Shown here: positions 17,532-26,708 of the stretch, in pieces | Layout: each line of letters starts with the position of its first letter | Numbering within the stretch: position 1 is the stretch's first letter | Origin: an uncultured Oscillospiraceae bacterium | Lineage (GTDB): Bacteria; Bacillota; Clostridia; Christensenellales; CAG-138 | Direction of reading: 5' to 3' | Length of the DNA stretch: 58,736 bases | Assembly (NCBI GenBank): GCA_964437665.1 | Contig: CAYTHS010000004.1 | Coordinates: 1-58,736, forward strand | Made by a program: the position numbers and the translations under genes | The notes under the pieces: generated by a model | What the model was told of the DNA's origin: nothing | The model's database searches: none | Seen by the model: the letters and a program-made list of their open reading frames with translations, nothing else

Positions 17532-18680
17532 CTATGTGCTGAAACGTTCCGGCGAATAGGACTTTGCGTCTTCGGGAATCGTCCCCGTTTTCCAGTAGGA
17601 AGCGATCATATCCCCGATGGCGGGCGAGAGCGCGACCGCGCTGTGAAACGAATTCGCGATAAAGAGGTTGCCCGGCGAAGCGAACGCGCCGAAAACCGGC
17701 CGTTTATCTGGTGTGAAGGAAACAAGACCCGCCCACATACGGATGATTTCCAAGTCGGAAAGCGACGGGAAGAGACGGAGTACGCGGCGGGCAACGGCGC
17801 GCGGCCCCTCGAACGTGTTTGATTTGTCATAGCCGTCCGGTCGTGTGGTGGCCTGCGCCATGACGATGTTGCCGGAGGATGTCTGTGAAAGGCACGCGCC
17901 AACGACCATCGGGTTTTCTTCAGGCGGCTGGTTAAAAAGCGCGCCGTCGGTAATCATGCGCCGGATATGCGGAGCCGTCGGCATGCTTACCATCGCTTCA
18001 CCGCGTTCGTAGCAAACGGGCGTGTCGCGCCCGGCCATCCGGGCCAGATCGCGTGTCCAGGCTCCGCCTGCGAGTACGAACAGATCGGCTTTCACGCCGC
18101 CATCCGGCGTTTCGAGCGCGGAAACGAGCCCGTTATCCAGATGCAGGCCGGTCACGGGCGTATGCGGGCGCAGGCTTGCGCCGAGCTGCTTTGCGCGCGC
18201 GGCCATATGGAGGTTGAGCTTGAACGGGTTGACCCGTCCTTCGCCGGGACACCAGCATGCGCCGACGACCTGTCTTTCATCGAGCGCCGGTTCGAGTTCC
18301 TTTGCGCGTTTTGCGGAGACGAGGCCGATATCGTCCAGCCCGAGCGTCTTTGCGTGGCGGCACAGCCTCTCAAGCACAGCCGCCTGCGCATGGCTCGTCA
18401 GCGGGATGAGACCGCCGGACGGGACGTATTCCACATCGCCGATTTTTGCCTGTAACGCGTCCCAGTTTTGCTGCTGCTCGAGCGCGAGCGACATGCAAAG
18501 CCTGTCCTCTCGGTAACTGAGTACGCAGAATCCGGGATTGGTGCACGAAGCGCCCGCGCAGAGATCGTCCTTTTCGAGAAGGACGACGCGTGCGCCCGCC
18601 GCCGAGAGTTTCCAAGCCGCGGCTGCGCCGATTACGCCGCCGCCGACGATTGCAACGTCGAAATGCCGGTCTTTTTGCAT
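17532..18680 (-). CDS. FAD-dependent oxidoreductase, DAO family (sarcosine oxidase beta / HcnC / proline dehydrogenase beta-like)
   Basis: IVGGGVIG Rossmann motif, GASCTN.G, EGRVNPFKL, IIRMWAGL...TPDKRPVFG, C-terminal ALSPAIG. Confidence 0.85.
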   Translation of the reverse strand: MQKDRHFDVAIVGGGVIGAAAAWKLSAAGARVVLLEKDDLCAGASCTNPGFCVLSYREDRLCMSLALEQQQNWDALQAKIGDVEYVPSGGLIPLTSHAQAAVLERLCRHAKTLGLDDIGLVSAKRAKELEPALDERQVVGACWCPGEGRVNPFKLNLHMAARAKQLGASLRPHTPVTGLHLDNGLVSALETPDGGVKADLFVLAGGAWTRDLARMAGRDTPVCYERGEAMVSMPTAPHIRRMITDGALFNQPPEENPMVVGACLSQTSSGNIVMAQATTRPDGYDKSNTFEGPRAVARRVLRLFPSLSDLEIIRMWAGLVSFTPDKRPVFGAFASPGNLFIANSFHSAVALSPAIGDMIASYWKTGTIPEDAKSYSPERFST

Positions 18681-18691
18681 GCTCACCCCCG

Positions 18692-19660
18692 TCAAAGCGT
18701 GTTGAAAAAGTAGCTTTTCAGCAGCATGTCCGCGTCGGTCTGTCCTGCAAAAAACGTTCTGCCGGTCTTTTGATTGGTTAATTCGATGCGCGCGACCTTG
18801 TGTACGTTCGTATCCATCTTGAAGATGTCGCGCCCTGCGGCGTCATAGAGTTCGGCGAACGTTTTGCCGTTGTGCTCCGTGCCGGAAAACACCATGTGCG
18901 GCAGGACGCGCTCGATTTCTTCGTCCCTGCAGTATACGACATATTTTGCGACTGAGCCGTAGAGCGTGGAGGAATTGACGCGGTCCATTGCGATTAACTC
19001 GTCTTCGATTACCGGCGGAATTGCCGCGCTGCCCGAGAAGGACTTCACCTTTTCGAGCGGAAAACCGTTGTAGCCGAGTCCCCAGAGCGAGACCTCTGCC
19101 ATCCGCGCGGCGATCTGCACACATCCCACGAGACTGCCGGTTTTCGCCGCGAGCAGGTACACGTTTTCCGGCTTGACGCCGCAGGCCTGCGCCACCTCGT
19201 CCGCGACGGACTCGTCCGGAAGCGCGGCGGTCTGCAGTGCGAGGGCGGTTTTTTCAAATTTATCGTGGTACGGCCACATCTTTGCGATTCCGTCGTGGTA
19301 TGCGATTGCGCGCGCGGGGCCGGAGCCGAAGCCGGGCAGCTTGTACGCGCCGGAAGGCTTGATCTTCCAGGCGGAAAACTGGGAGGAAAGCGCCGCCTCC
19401 TGCGGATGGTCCAGCCGGATCTCGACGCTCTCGAGTTCGCGGGCGCCGACGTGGATTTTGCCGAATGCAACTTCACCGAGCGCACCGAGCGTGACCAGCG
19501 TGAACAGCCGTGCGGCCTCCCAGCCACCGGGAGCGTGAACGCCCATGTCGATTATGTTCGTTCCGTTTTTCAGCGTGTGTCGTTCGCATCCAAGCTCCCA
19601 AAGGCGCGGCAGAATCCGCTCCTCAATGAGCCGGCAGGTGTTTTGACTCAGACTAAGCAT
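18692..19660 (-). CDS. mch: Methenyltetrahydromethanopterin cyclohydrolase homologue (Mch-1)
   Basis: IIDMGV.APGGWEAA, ALSSQFSAW, GSGPARAIA, P....VA..CGV.PENVYLL.A.TGSLVG.VQIAARMAE, G.A.IPPV, AM.R.N...LYG. 322 aa, matching Mch size. Confidence 0.85.
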   Translation of the reverse strand: MLSLSQNTCRLIEERILPRLWELGCERHTLKNGTNIIDMGVHAPGGWEAARLFTLVTLGALGEVAFGKIHVGARELESVEIRLDHPQEAALSSQFSAWKIKPSGAYKLPGFGSGPARAIAYHDGIAKMWPYHDKFEKTALALQTAALPDESVADEVAQACGVKPENVYLLAAKTGSLVGCVQIAARMAEVSLWGLGYNGFPLEKVKSFSGSAAIPPVIEDELIAMDRVNSSTLYGSVAKYVVYCRDEEIERVLPHMVFSGTEHNGKTFAELYDAAGRDIFKMDTNVHKVARIELTNQKTGRTFFAGQTDADMLLKSYFFNTL

Positions 19661-20966
19661 GTAATTCCTCCATTATTCGGGTCAATACCGCAAAAAACTC
19701 TGCGTGAACGGCCGATTCGTCGAAACCGGTCACAACGCCTTCATGCAGCACAGGCCTGCCTCCGACGTATACGTCCCGCACGTCGCCGGAACGCGTGCAG
19801 TAGACCAGCGTTGAAATTATGTCCCCTGTGCCGAAGCCGAGGTGAGCCTTTTGCAACGGCACGATCGAAAAGTCTGCCGGCAGGCCTTTTTCGAGTACGC
19901 CGGAATCGAGCGAGAGCATCCGTGCGCCGCCTGCGGTCGCCATGCGGAATACGTCCTTTGCCGTTACGGCGGTCGGGTCCTGACACGCCGCCTTTTGCAG
20001 CATCGCCCCGAAACGCATCTCTTCGAACAGGTCGAGCCGGTCGTTGGAAGCCGGTCCGTCGGTCGCAAGCGCGATGTTGACCCCGGCACGCATCAACGCG
20101 GGGACCGGACAAATGCCGCTGCCTAGTTTTGCGTTGCTCTTTGGGTTGTAGACGAGCGTTATGCCGCGCTCGGCCGCGAGCTCGATTTCCCGCGGGGTCA
20201 TATGCACGCCGTGCACCGCGGAAAAACGCGGCGAAAGCAGGCCGAGGCGGTCGAGATAACAAAGCTCCGGTTCGCCCTTCTCGGCGACGCACTGGCGCGC
20301 TTCCGCGGCGGTTTCGTCAACATGTGTCTGCACGCGCGAGCTGTAGTTTTTTGCGAGCGCGGCGATGGAGCGCATTGCGGATTCGCTGGTCAGGTTCGGC
20401 TCGGACGGGGTCAGCACGCACTTTTCCGGATATGTCCCGAGCAACCGTTCGATCTCCGCAAGATCGCGCTTCAACCCCATGGGCGTGCTCATGAAAAGGT
20501 CGGCCAGTTCGATGCCGGCATAGCCGTGAACGCCGGCCTGCGCCGCAGCACGGAATATGCCGTCCTGCGCGTAGTTGACGTCCATGTCGAGAAAAGCCGT
20601 CACGCCGCTTCTGAGCATTTCCGCGATGCCGCACGCCGCCCACAGGTACGAAAACCGTTCGCGTTCCGGCTTCGGGATTTTCCCGTAAAGCGCGGCGACC
20701 ATCGGGCCGAGCACCTCACCGCACCAGCCGCTCAGCGGCAGGTCGTCCCGCCGCCCGACCAGCAGCATTTGGTACAGGTGCGTATGTGCGTTGACAAAGC
20801 CCGGCAGCACGGCGCAGCCCGCGCAGTCGATTTGCTCCGCGCCGCTCGGTACGGGCAGACGTGCGCCGACGCTTCGGATCCGTCCTTCTGCAACGAGCAT
20901 GTCCACGTTTTGCAAAACGTCGTCCGCGTTTACAACTAGATATGAAATGTTCTGAAAAACACGCAT
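19653..20966 (-). CDS. Amidohydrolase, MTA/SAH deaminase (MtaD)/AtzA-like
   Basis: PGFVNAHTHL, HVDET (HxxE), AVHGVH, NPKSNAKLGSG, LATDGPASN. Start refined to ATG at 20966. Confidence 0.88.
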   Translation of the reverse strand: MRVFQNISYLVVNADDVLQNVDMLVAEGRIRSVGARLPVPSGAEQIDCAGCAVLPGFVNAHTHLYQMLLVGRRDDLPLSGWCGEVLGPMVAALYGKIPKPERERFSYLWAACGIAEMLRSGVTAFLDMDVNYAQDGIFRAAAQAGVHGYAGIELADLFMSTPMGLKRDLAEIERLLGTYPEKCVLTPSEPNLTSESAMRSIAALAKNYSSRVQTHVDETAAEARQCVAEKGEPELCYLDRLGLLSPRFSAVHGVHMTPREIELAAERGITLVYNPKSNAKLGSGICPVPALMRAGVNIALATDGPASNDRLDLFEEMRFGAMLQKAACQDPTAVTAKDVFRMATAGGARMLSLDSGVLEKGLPADFSIVPLQKAHLGFGTGDIISTLVYCTRSGDVRDVYVGGRPVLHEGVVTGFDESAVHAEFFAVLTRIMEELHA

Positions 20967-21016
20967 GTCAAACAAGTCCTTTGATACTTGCGTTCGCAAA
21001 ACCGCGGTCCGGGCGG

Positions 21017-21934
21017 TCAGGAGAACGTCTTTTTGTCCCGACGCATGCGGCGGCGGGAATACATGCTTGCAGCGATCAGCGCGCCGAGAAACGGCAGCAT
21101 CTGCACCACGCGCGCGGGGAAGCCGCTCGTCGCCTGCAGGATGTCGCCCAGCGCGGAGAGCGCGCCGAGCGCCCAGGCGGAAAACAGCACTGTATAGGGG
21201 TTGCTTTGGGCGAGGATGACGACCGCCATGGCCAGCCACCCGCGCCCATTGGTCATGCCGGTGAATCCGCCCACAAAGATTCCCTGGTTCAGCGAAAGCG
21301 AAGCGCCGGCTAGTCCGCAGAGCAAGCCGCAGAGCGCGTAGGAAGCATAAATCATCCCCGCCACGGGAATGCCGCGCGCGGAAGCAACCCATTCGCTGAT
21401 GCCGACCGCGCGGAGACGCCGCCCGAATGCGGTTTTAAAGATCACCGCGTAGAGCACGGCTACGAGGACGATCGCCAGATAGTCCAGCAAGGTATGGTTG
21501 CTGAGCACCTGATTGACATAGGGGATGCTTTCAATCAGCGGTGTGGCGAGCTTGACGAGGCGCGGCGCATAAGGATAGATGATCGAACCCTGCGAGCTGG
21601 TGAGCACGAAGATCAGAAACGTGGTTAGTCCGGTGCCGAGGATGTTGACAGCCATGCCGGCGATGTAGATGTCCACGCCGAGGCGGATGCTCATAAACGC
21701 CATCAGAAGCCCGACGGCGACGGTGACGCTTATACCCATCAGAAGACCGAGCAAAAGGCTGTTCCAGAGGTTGGCAAAATAGAGCGAAAAGAAAGCGGAG
21801 AAGAGCATCATGCCTTCCATGCCGAGATTGAAACGGCCGGACAGCCCGGTCATCATACCGCCGAGCGAGCAGAGTATCAGCGGCGTGCCATAGGCGATCA
21901 TCGTGTAGAGGAATCCCGAAACAAACTCGTTCAT
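21017..21934 (-). CDS. Nucleoside-type ABC transporter permease
   Basis: PLILCSLGG...SGRFNLGMEG, T.FGRRLRAVG, GRGWLAMAVVI. Confidence 0.9.
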   Translation of the reverse strand: MNEFVSGFLYTMIAYGTPLILCSLGGMMTGLSGRFNLGMEGMMLFSAFFSLYFANLWNSLLLGLLMGISVTVAVGLLMAFMSIRLGVDIYIAGMAVNILGTGLTTFLIFVLTSSQGSIIYPYAPRLVKLATPLIESIPYVNQVLSNHTLLDYLAIVLVAVLYAVIFKTAFGRRLRAVGISEWVASARGIPVAGMIYASYALCGLLCGLAGASLSLNQGIFVGGFTGMTNGRGWLAMAVVILAQSNPYTVLFSAWALGALSALGDILQATSGFPARVVQMLPFLGALIAASMYSRRRMRRDKKTFS

Positions 21935-22989
21935 GCGCCGGCCGCCTCCTTTTTACGGGTTTTTCCGCGCCGATGTGAACCGGTCAAAAATTCGATGAGC
22001 CGTTCGCTGGTCACGAGCAGCAGGATCGCGCCCTGGATGATCTGGGAAACGTCCGGCGTGATGTCCGCAAACAGCGCCGCGCACTCCGCACCCTTGGTCA
22101 GGTATGCAAAAAACAGCGATACAGGCAAGACGAGCAGCGGATGATTGCGGCTGATCATCGCAATGGAAAGGCCGCTCCATCCGATTCCGCAGAGCTGGTT
22201 GCGCACCCGAAACGACGTGCAGAGCACGTACGTCATGCCGCCTACGCCGCTTAGGCCGCCGGAAAGCAACATTGCAAAGCCCGCGACCGCCGCGGTGCTT
22301 ACGCCGCCGTAGCGCGCAAACACAGGATTCTGGCCCGTCATGCGGATTTCATAGCCGATACGCGAGCGCCGCAACGCAAAGTAGATGACGGCCGCGAGCG
22401 CGAGTGCAAGGAACAGCGTTGTATTCAGGTCGGAAGGGGAAAGGATTTTTGCAAAGCGGAACGCCTCCGGTACGGCCTGCGTCGTCACGCCCTGATCGGA
22501 ATTCATGTCGCGCAGGGGCCCTTCCACCAGCATGAAGACGAGATAGAATACCACATTGGCGAGCATCAGAGAGGACATCATCACGTCCAGGTCGAACCTG
22601 CGCTTTAGGAAGTTGCAAACTGCCGCGAGCAGCGCGCCGCCCGCGAATGCCGCAACGAACATCAGCGGAACCGCCGCCGCGGCCGGCCAGCCCTCCATCG
22701 CTACAGCCGCCATTGTACCTGCGAGCATACCAAAGTATACCATGCCTTCGAGTCCGAGGTTCCAAACCGAGGCCGTGAACGAAACGCTTGCGGCCAGACC
22801 GCAGATGATCAGCGGCACGGCGGTGTTGAGCATGTCGCCGAAAAAGTATGCGCTTGAAAACGGGCCAACGAAGAAATACCGGAGAGCGGCGGCCGGTTCG
22901 TCGCTGCAGAGCAGGATAACCACAAGCGCCATGACCAGCCCCGAAAGGATTACCAGCAGTTCAAACAGCGTACGTTTCGCCTGTTTCAT
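21931..22989 (-). CDS. Nucleoside-type ABC transporter permease
   Basis: WNLGLEGM, IGYEIRMTGQNP.FARYGG, G.GWSGLSIAMI.RNHP. Confidence 0.9.
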   Translation of the reverse strand: MKQAKRTLFELLVILSGLVMALVVILLCSDEPAAALRYFFVGPFSSAYFFGDMLNTAVPLIICGLAASVSFTASVWNLGLEGMVYFGMLAGTMAAVAMEGWPAAAAVPLMFVAAFAGGALLAAVCNFLKRRFDLDVMMSSLMLANVVFYLVFMLVEGPLRDMNSDQGVTTQAVPEAFRFAKILSPSDLNTTLFLALALAAVIYFALRRSRIGYEIRMTGQNPVFARYGGVSTAAVAGFAMLLSGGLSGVGGMTYVLCTSFRVRNQLCGIGWSGLSIAMISRNHPLLVLPVSLFFAYLTKGAECAALFADITPDVSQIIQGAILLLVTSERLIEFLTGSHRRGKTRKKEAAGA

Positions 22990-24542
22990 GCATGCGCCCC
23001 CTTTTCGTTCGTGGGCTGCATGCGCCGGATGCCAAGCATATATTCACCGATTTCCTCGCGACTGAGCGACGCGCCGTTTTGCAGGTTGGCGGTGATTTCT
23101 CCGCCGCGCATGACGAGCACGCGGTCTGAGAGTTCCAAAATTTCGTTGATATTGCTCGAAACGAGCAGGATAGCCATGCCCCGCTCGCGCAAAAAAAGCA
23201 TTTCGTCGTGAATATAGCGTGCCGAGAGCACGTCCAGCCCCATCGTGACCTCCGCGGCGAGCAGCAGCTTCGGCTTGGCCGAGAGTTCGCGCGCGAGGAT
23301 GGTCCGTTGGATGTGCCCGCCGGAGAGCCCGCCAACGACGCGCCGTCCGTCCGAAACCTTGATATTGTAGCGGCTTACAAGCTCGTCTGTGAGCGCATTG
23401 AGCGGTTTTGCGCGCAGCAGGCCGTGCCTGCAGTACGGTGCTTTGTTCCGCCGGTCAATCAGCAGATTTTCCGAAACGGAAGCGCTCGCGCAGGAGCCTA
23501 CGTGGATGCGGTCCTCGGGGATGTAACTGACGCCGGCGTTTCGCCGTGCGCTGGGCGAAAGCCGCGCGACGCTTTCGCCGCAGAGCAGGATTTCACCGCC
23601 GCTTGCTTCCCGGAGGCCGAAGAGCGCCTCGAGCAGTTCCTGCTGGCCGTTGCCGTTGACGCCCGCGACGCCGACGATTTCGCCTGCACGGATGCGGAAG
23701 CTTGCGTTTTTCACCATGTCGAGCGGACCGTTTTTTACGGTAAGGTTTTGCACACGCAGTACGCATGCGCCCGCATCAAGCGGCCCCCGCGTCTCTTCGG
23801 GCGCGAGTGCCTGCCCGACCATGAGGCGCACCGTCTCCGCGGCGTCGAGGTCTTCGGTCGGTCCGGTGAATACCGCCTCGCCGTCGCGCAGAACGGTCAC
23901 TTCGTCGGTGACGTCGAGCACCTCCTCGACCTTGTGACTGATATAGACGATGGTTTTTCCGGCGGCCTTCAGCATCCGAATGGTGTCTAATAATCCCCTG
24001 ACTTCCTGTTCGACCAGCACGGAGGTGGGTTCGTCGAAGACGAGCAACTCCGCCCTGCCGTTGAGCACGCGCATGATCTCGACCTTCTGCCTTTCACCCA
24101 TCGAGAGCGTGCCGACTTTCCGGTCGAGTTCGATGGAGAAGCCGCATTGCTCCGCAGCGGCCGCGGCGGCCTTTTTTGCGGCCTTTTCGTCCACAAAACC
24201 GAACGCTTTGACCGGTTCCATACCGAGTACGACGTTTTCGACGACTGTGTATTCGTCCAGCAGCGAAAAGTGCTGATGCACCATGCCAACGCCGTGTTTT
24301 GCCGCGGCAAGCGCATTTTTGATGCGTACGGGCTCGCCGCAGAGCAGGATTTTACCCGTGTCCATATGCTCTACGCCCGAAAGAATTTTCATGAGCGTGG
24401 ACTTGCCCGCGCCGTTTTCGCCGAGCAGACCGTGTACCGTGCCTTTCTTCACGCAGAAGTCCACGCCCTTGAGCGCGTGCACCTCGCGGCTGAACGAACG
24501 GTATGTTTTTGTGATGCCAAGCATCTGCAGATAGTCCGGCAT
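22986..24542 (-). CDS. Nucleoside/sugar ABC transporter double ATPase (NupA-like)
   Basis: GENGAGKSTLM, GMVHQHF, DEPTSVL, YIPEDR, LSGGHIQR. Confidence 0.92.
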   Translation of the reverse strand: MPDYLQMLGITKTYRSFSREVHALKGVDFCVKKGTVHGLLGENGAGKSTLMKILSGVEHMDTGKILLCGEPVRIKNALAAAKHGVGMVHQHFSLLDEYTVVENVVLGMEPVKAFGFVDEKAAKKAAAAAAEQCGFSIELDRKVGTLSMGERQKVEIMRVLNGRAELLVFDEPTSVLVEQEVRGLLDTIRMLKAAGKTIVYISHKVEEVLDVTDEVTVLRDGEAVFTGPTEDLDAAETVRLMVGQALAPEETRGPLDAGACVLRVQNLTVKNGPLDMVKNASFRIRAGEIVGVAGVNGNGQQELLEALFGLREASGGEILLCGESVARLSPSARRNAGVSYIPEDRIHVGSCASASVSENLLIDRRNKAPYCRHGLLRAKPLNALTDELVSRYNIKVSDGRRVVGGLSGGHIQRTILARELSAKPKLLLAAEVTMGLDVLSARYIHDEMLFLRERGMAILLVSSNINEILELSDRVLVMRGGEITANLQNGASLSREEIGEYMLGIRRMQPTNEKGAHA

Positions 24543-24585
24543 GAGAACAGTTCCTTTCCGCTGGCCTGCGCGGGATGAACGGCGT

Positions 24586-25695
24586 CTATTCGTCGATCGG
24601 CGCGCGCGGGTCTATCGTTCCGTCGATCAGCCCCTGATAAGCGGCCTGCATCTTTTCGAGAATGTCCCCCGGGACCTTCTCCTGCGTGACGGGGTCGTCG
24701 AACGTAAACGAAATCACGCCCTCGGCGGCGCCGACGGTACGGCCCGTGCCGTATGCAAGCGTGCCGGTCACCGCGCCGTATGCCGCGTCGTATGCCGCCT
24801 GATAGCCCTGCACGAGCGTACAGCCGACGATTGTGTCCGGTGAGAGCGATATGGCGTTGTTGTCGTTCGCCACGGCGTATTTATTCTGTGTTTCGGCTTC
24901 GGTCACGCATCCGTAGGCGGAGGCGCCGGTGGTATAGTACACGACGTCAGCGCCCTGCGCGAACAGCGCGCGCGTAACGTCCGCGCCCTTCTGCGGGTCC
25001 ACCCAGTCGCCAATAATCGAATTGAGGACTGTGATATTCTCACCGGCGGCCATCACGCCGTTGGTAAAGCCGGTTTTGACGTCCACCTCCCAGGCGTCGT
25101 ACACGTCCGTAAACACGAGGCCGACGACAAGGTCGGCATTAGCGCGTTCCATATCGCTCTGTGTGATCAGTCCGCAAAAGTATCCGCCGAGGTAACCGAG
25201 CTGGTAGAGGTCGAAAGACACGCCCCATACCGTGGACGGGATAACGCCGCCGTCGAACTGGCTTTGATACCCGATCAGGTCGGCGTCGATAAGCACAAAC
25301 TTCTGATCAGGATAGGATTTGAGTGTTTCTTTGACGCAGTAACGCATCACGTCCGTCGTGGTAAAAATCACGTCATAAACACCCGCCTCCGCGAGGCTCG
25401 TCAGATATTTACCGTAAGCCGTCCACTGGTCGCCGCCTTCGACCACCTTCGGTTCGGGTGCGCCGAGGTCCGAACAGGCCGTGCGGATGCCGTCTGCGAT
25501 CATTTGGAAAATTGCATTTTCACCTTCGATGCCGGGTAGCATCAGCGCGGTTTTGAAATCTTCGTAGGCGCTTCCGCCGGAGCTTTCGGAGGTTTCGTCC
25601 GAGGCCCCGTCCGCGGAGGGCGCGGCTTCTCCGCAGGCGGCGGCAAAGAGCAGCAGCAGACAGAGCAGAATGGCGAGGATTGCTTTGCGTTTCAT
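24586..25695 (-). CDS. BMP family ABC substrate-binding lipoprotein
   Basis: Lipobox AAACG, GYLGGYF.G, F.NGV, GADVVY...GAS..G. Start refined to ATG at 25695. Confidence 0.85.
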   Translation of the reverse strand: MKRKAILAILLCLLLLFAAACGEAAPSADGASDETSESSGGSAYEDFKTALMLPGIEGENAIFQMIADGIRTACSDLGAPEPKVVEGGDQWTAYGKYLTSLAEAGVYDVIFTTTDVMRYCVKETLKSYPDQKFVLIDADLIGYQSQFDGGVIPSTVWGVSFDLYQLGYLGGYFCGLITQSDMERANADLVVGLVFTDVYDAWEVDVKTGFTNGVMAAGENITVLNSIIGDWVDPQKGADVTRALFAQGADVVYYTTGASAYGCVTEAETQNKYAVANDNNAISLSPDTIVGCTLVQGYQAAYDAAYGAVTGTLAYGTGRTVGAAEGVISFTFDDPVTQEKVPGDILEKMQAAYQGLIDGTIDPRAPIDE

Positions 25696-25727
25696 GTCCG
25701 GATTCCTCCTTAATGATGTTTTGGGCG

Positions 25728-26675
25728 TTATACGAGCAGTTCGGGGTACAGGGAACCTGCGCGGAACGCCTTGCCGCACGCCGGATCGAAGACTTCAGCT
25801 ACGGCGAGCTTGTTGATATGCTGCAGGTTCGGGATTTTGAAAAAATCGCCGCCCGCCTGATCGAGCAGGTCGGAAAAGTACGCACCAAAGATATCCGCCG
25901 ACTCAAACGCGAGTTTTTTTGCAAGCTTCTCCGGGTCGAGACCGGAGGTTTCGTTCAATGTGAGGCGGGAAAACGCGCCATAGTGCAGAAAATCGTCAGG
26001 AAGCAGCGCTTTTCCGCTCTTTGTTTTTGCGCCGGGAGGGCAGACGGGGGCATAACCTGCGACGTACGAAACACAAGACGCGTCAATCCCGAGAGAACGT
26101 TCCATGGTAAAGATCATATTCTCGTTCATGCGGCCCGCGATCTGCGCCGCACCGAGCGTGCTGTCCTGTGCGGCTACGAGCAGGGTCAGTTTCTCCGGCG
26201 AACAGCCGGCGGCGTCCGCCAACAAAGAAACCCAGCGGTCATCCGGCGTTTCGTCCGCCTGCACGAGCGCGCACAGACTGCCGCCGGACGGGTCGCTTGG
26301 ATCGCCGATTTCTTCCGTGTGCTCCAGGTGCAGTTTGAGCGGACCGGAGATCATATGACCGGAAAACGAGTGCGCGGACTGCAGTGCGAGCGCCGCAAGA
26401 CGCGGATATGCGGTTTCGGAGCGGACAAACGGGTACGTCCGGTCACACAACGGCGCGGAGTATGCCCGCGTTTCGGCCAGCCCGCCTTGGCAAAGCGCCG
26501 CAGCCAGCGCGCCGGCGGCCGTGCTGCCGGGCGTCTCGTTTTCCACGGTTATCAGCAAAGCGCCGCAGTGCGCACGGCTGGTGACGAGTCCGTATGCGCC
26601 GGCGTTTTGCGTTAGTTCGCCGATCAGCGCTGCACAGTTCGATCCGATTTTGCCGAGGGTCGGTTTTTCGCGCAT
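25728..26675 (-). CDS. Divergent methenyl-H4MPT cyclohydrolase homologue (Mch-2)
   Basis: GS..AG...A..CQGGL, P.LAAL..Q, SGP, P....LA...GC.PE.L.LLVA...S..G.AQIAGRMNE, G.APVCP, LHYG. 315 aa. Alignable by eye to Mch-1. Confidence 0.65.
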   Translation of the reverse strand: MREKPTLGKIGSNCAALIGELTQNAGAYGLVTSRAHCGALLITVENETPGSTAAGALAAALCQGGLAETRAYSAPLCDRTYPFVRSETAYPRLAALALQSAHSFSGHMISGPLKLHLEHTEEIGDPSDPSGGSLCALVQADETPDDRWVSLLADAAGCSPEKLTLLVAAQDSTLGAAQIAGRMNENMIFTMERSLGIDASCVSYVAGYAPVCPPGAKTKSGKALLPDDFLHYGAFSRLTLNETSGLDPEKLAKKLAFESADIFGAYFSDLLDQAGGDFFKIPNLQHINKLAVAEVFDPACGKAFRAGSLYPELLV

Positions 26676-26708
26676 AGGGCCTCCTTTCCTTCCGGACGCT
26701 AGCGTGCG

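Noticed and set aside
19653-21392. 579-aa version of the amidohydrolase (and similar long N-termini at 7567, 13600, 29388, 32096, 42707)
   Set aside because: The extensions overlap upstream genes and lack RBS or homology. Internal ATGs with good Shine-Dalgarno sequences match family N-termini, so these are not real fusions.
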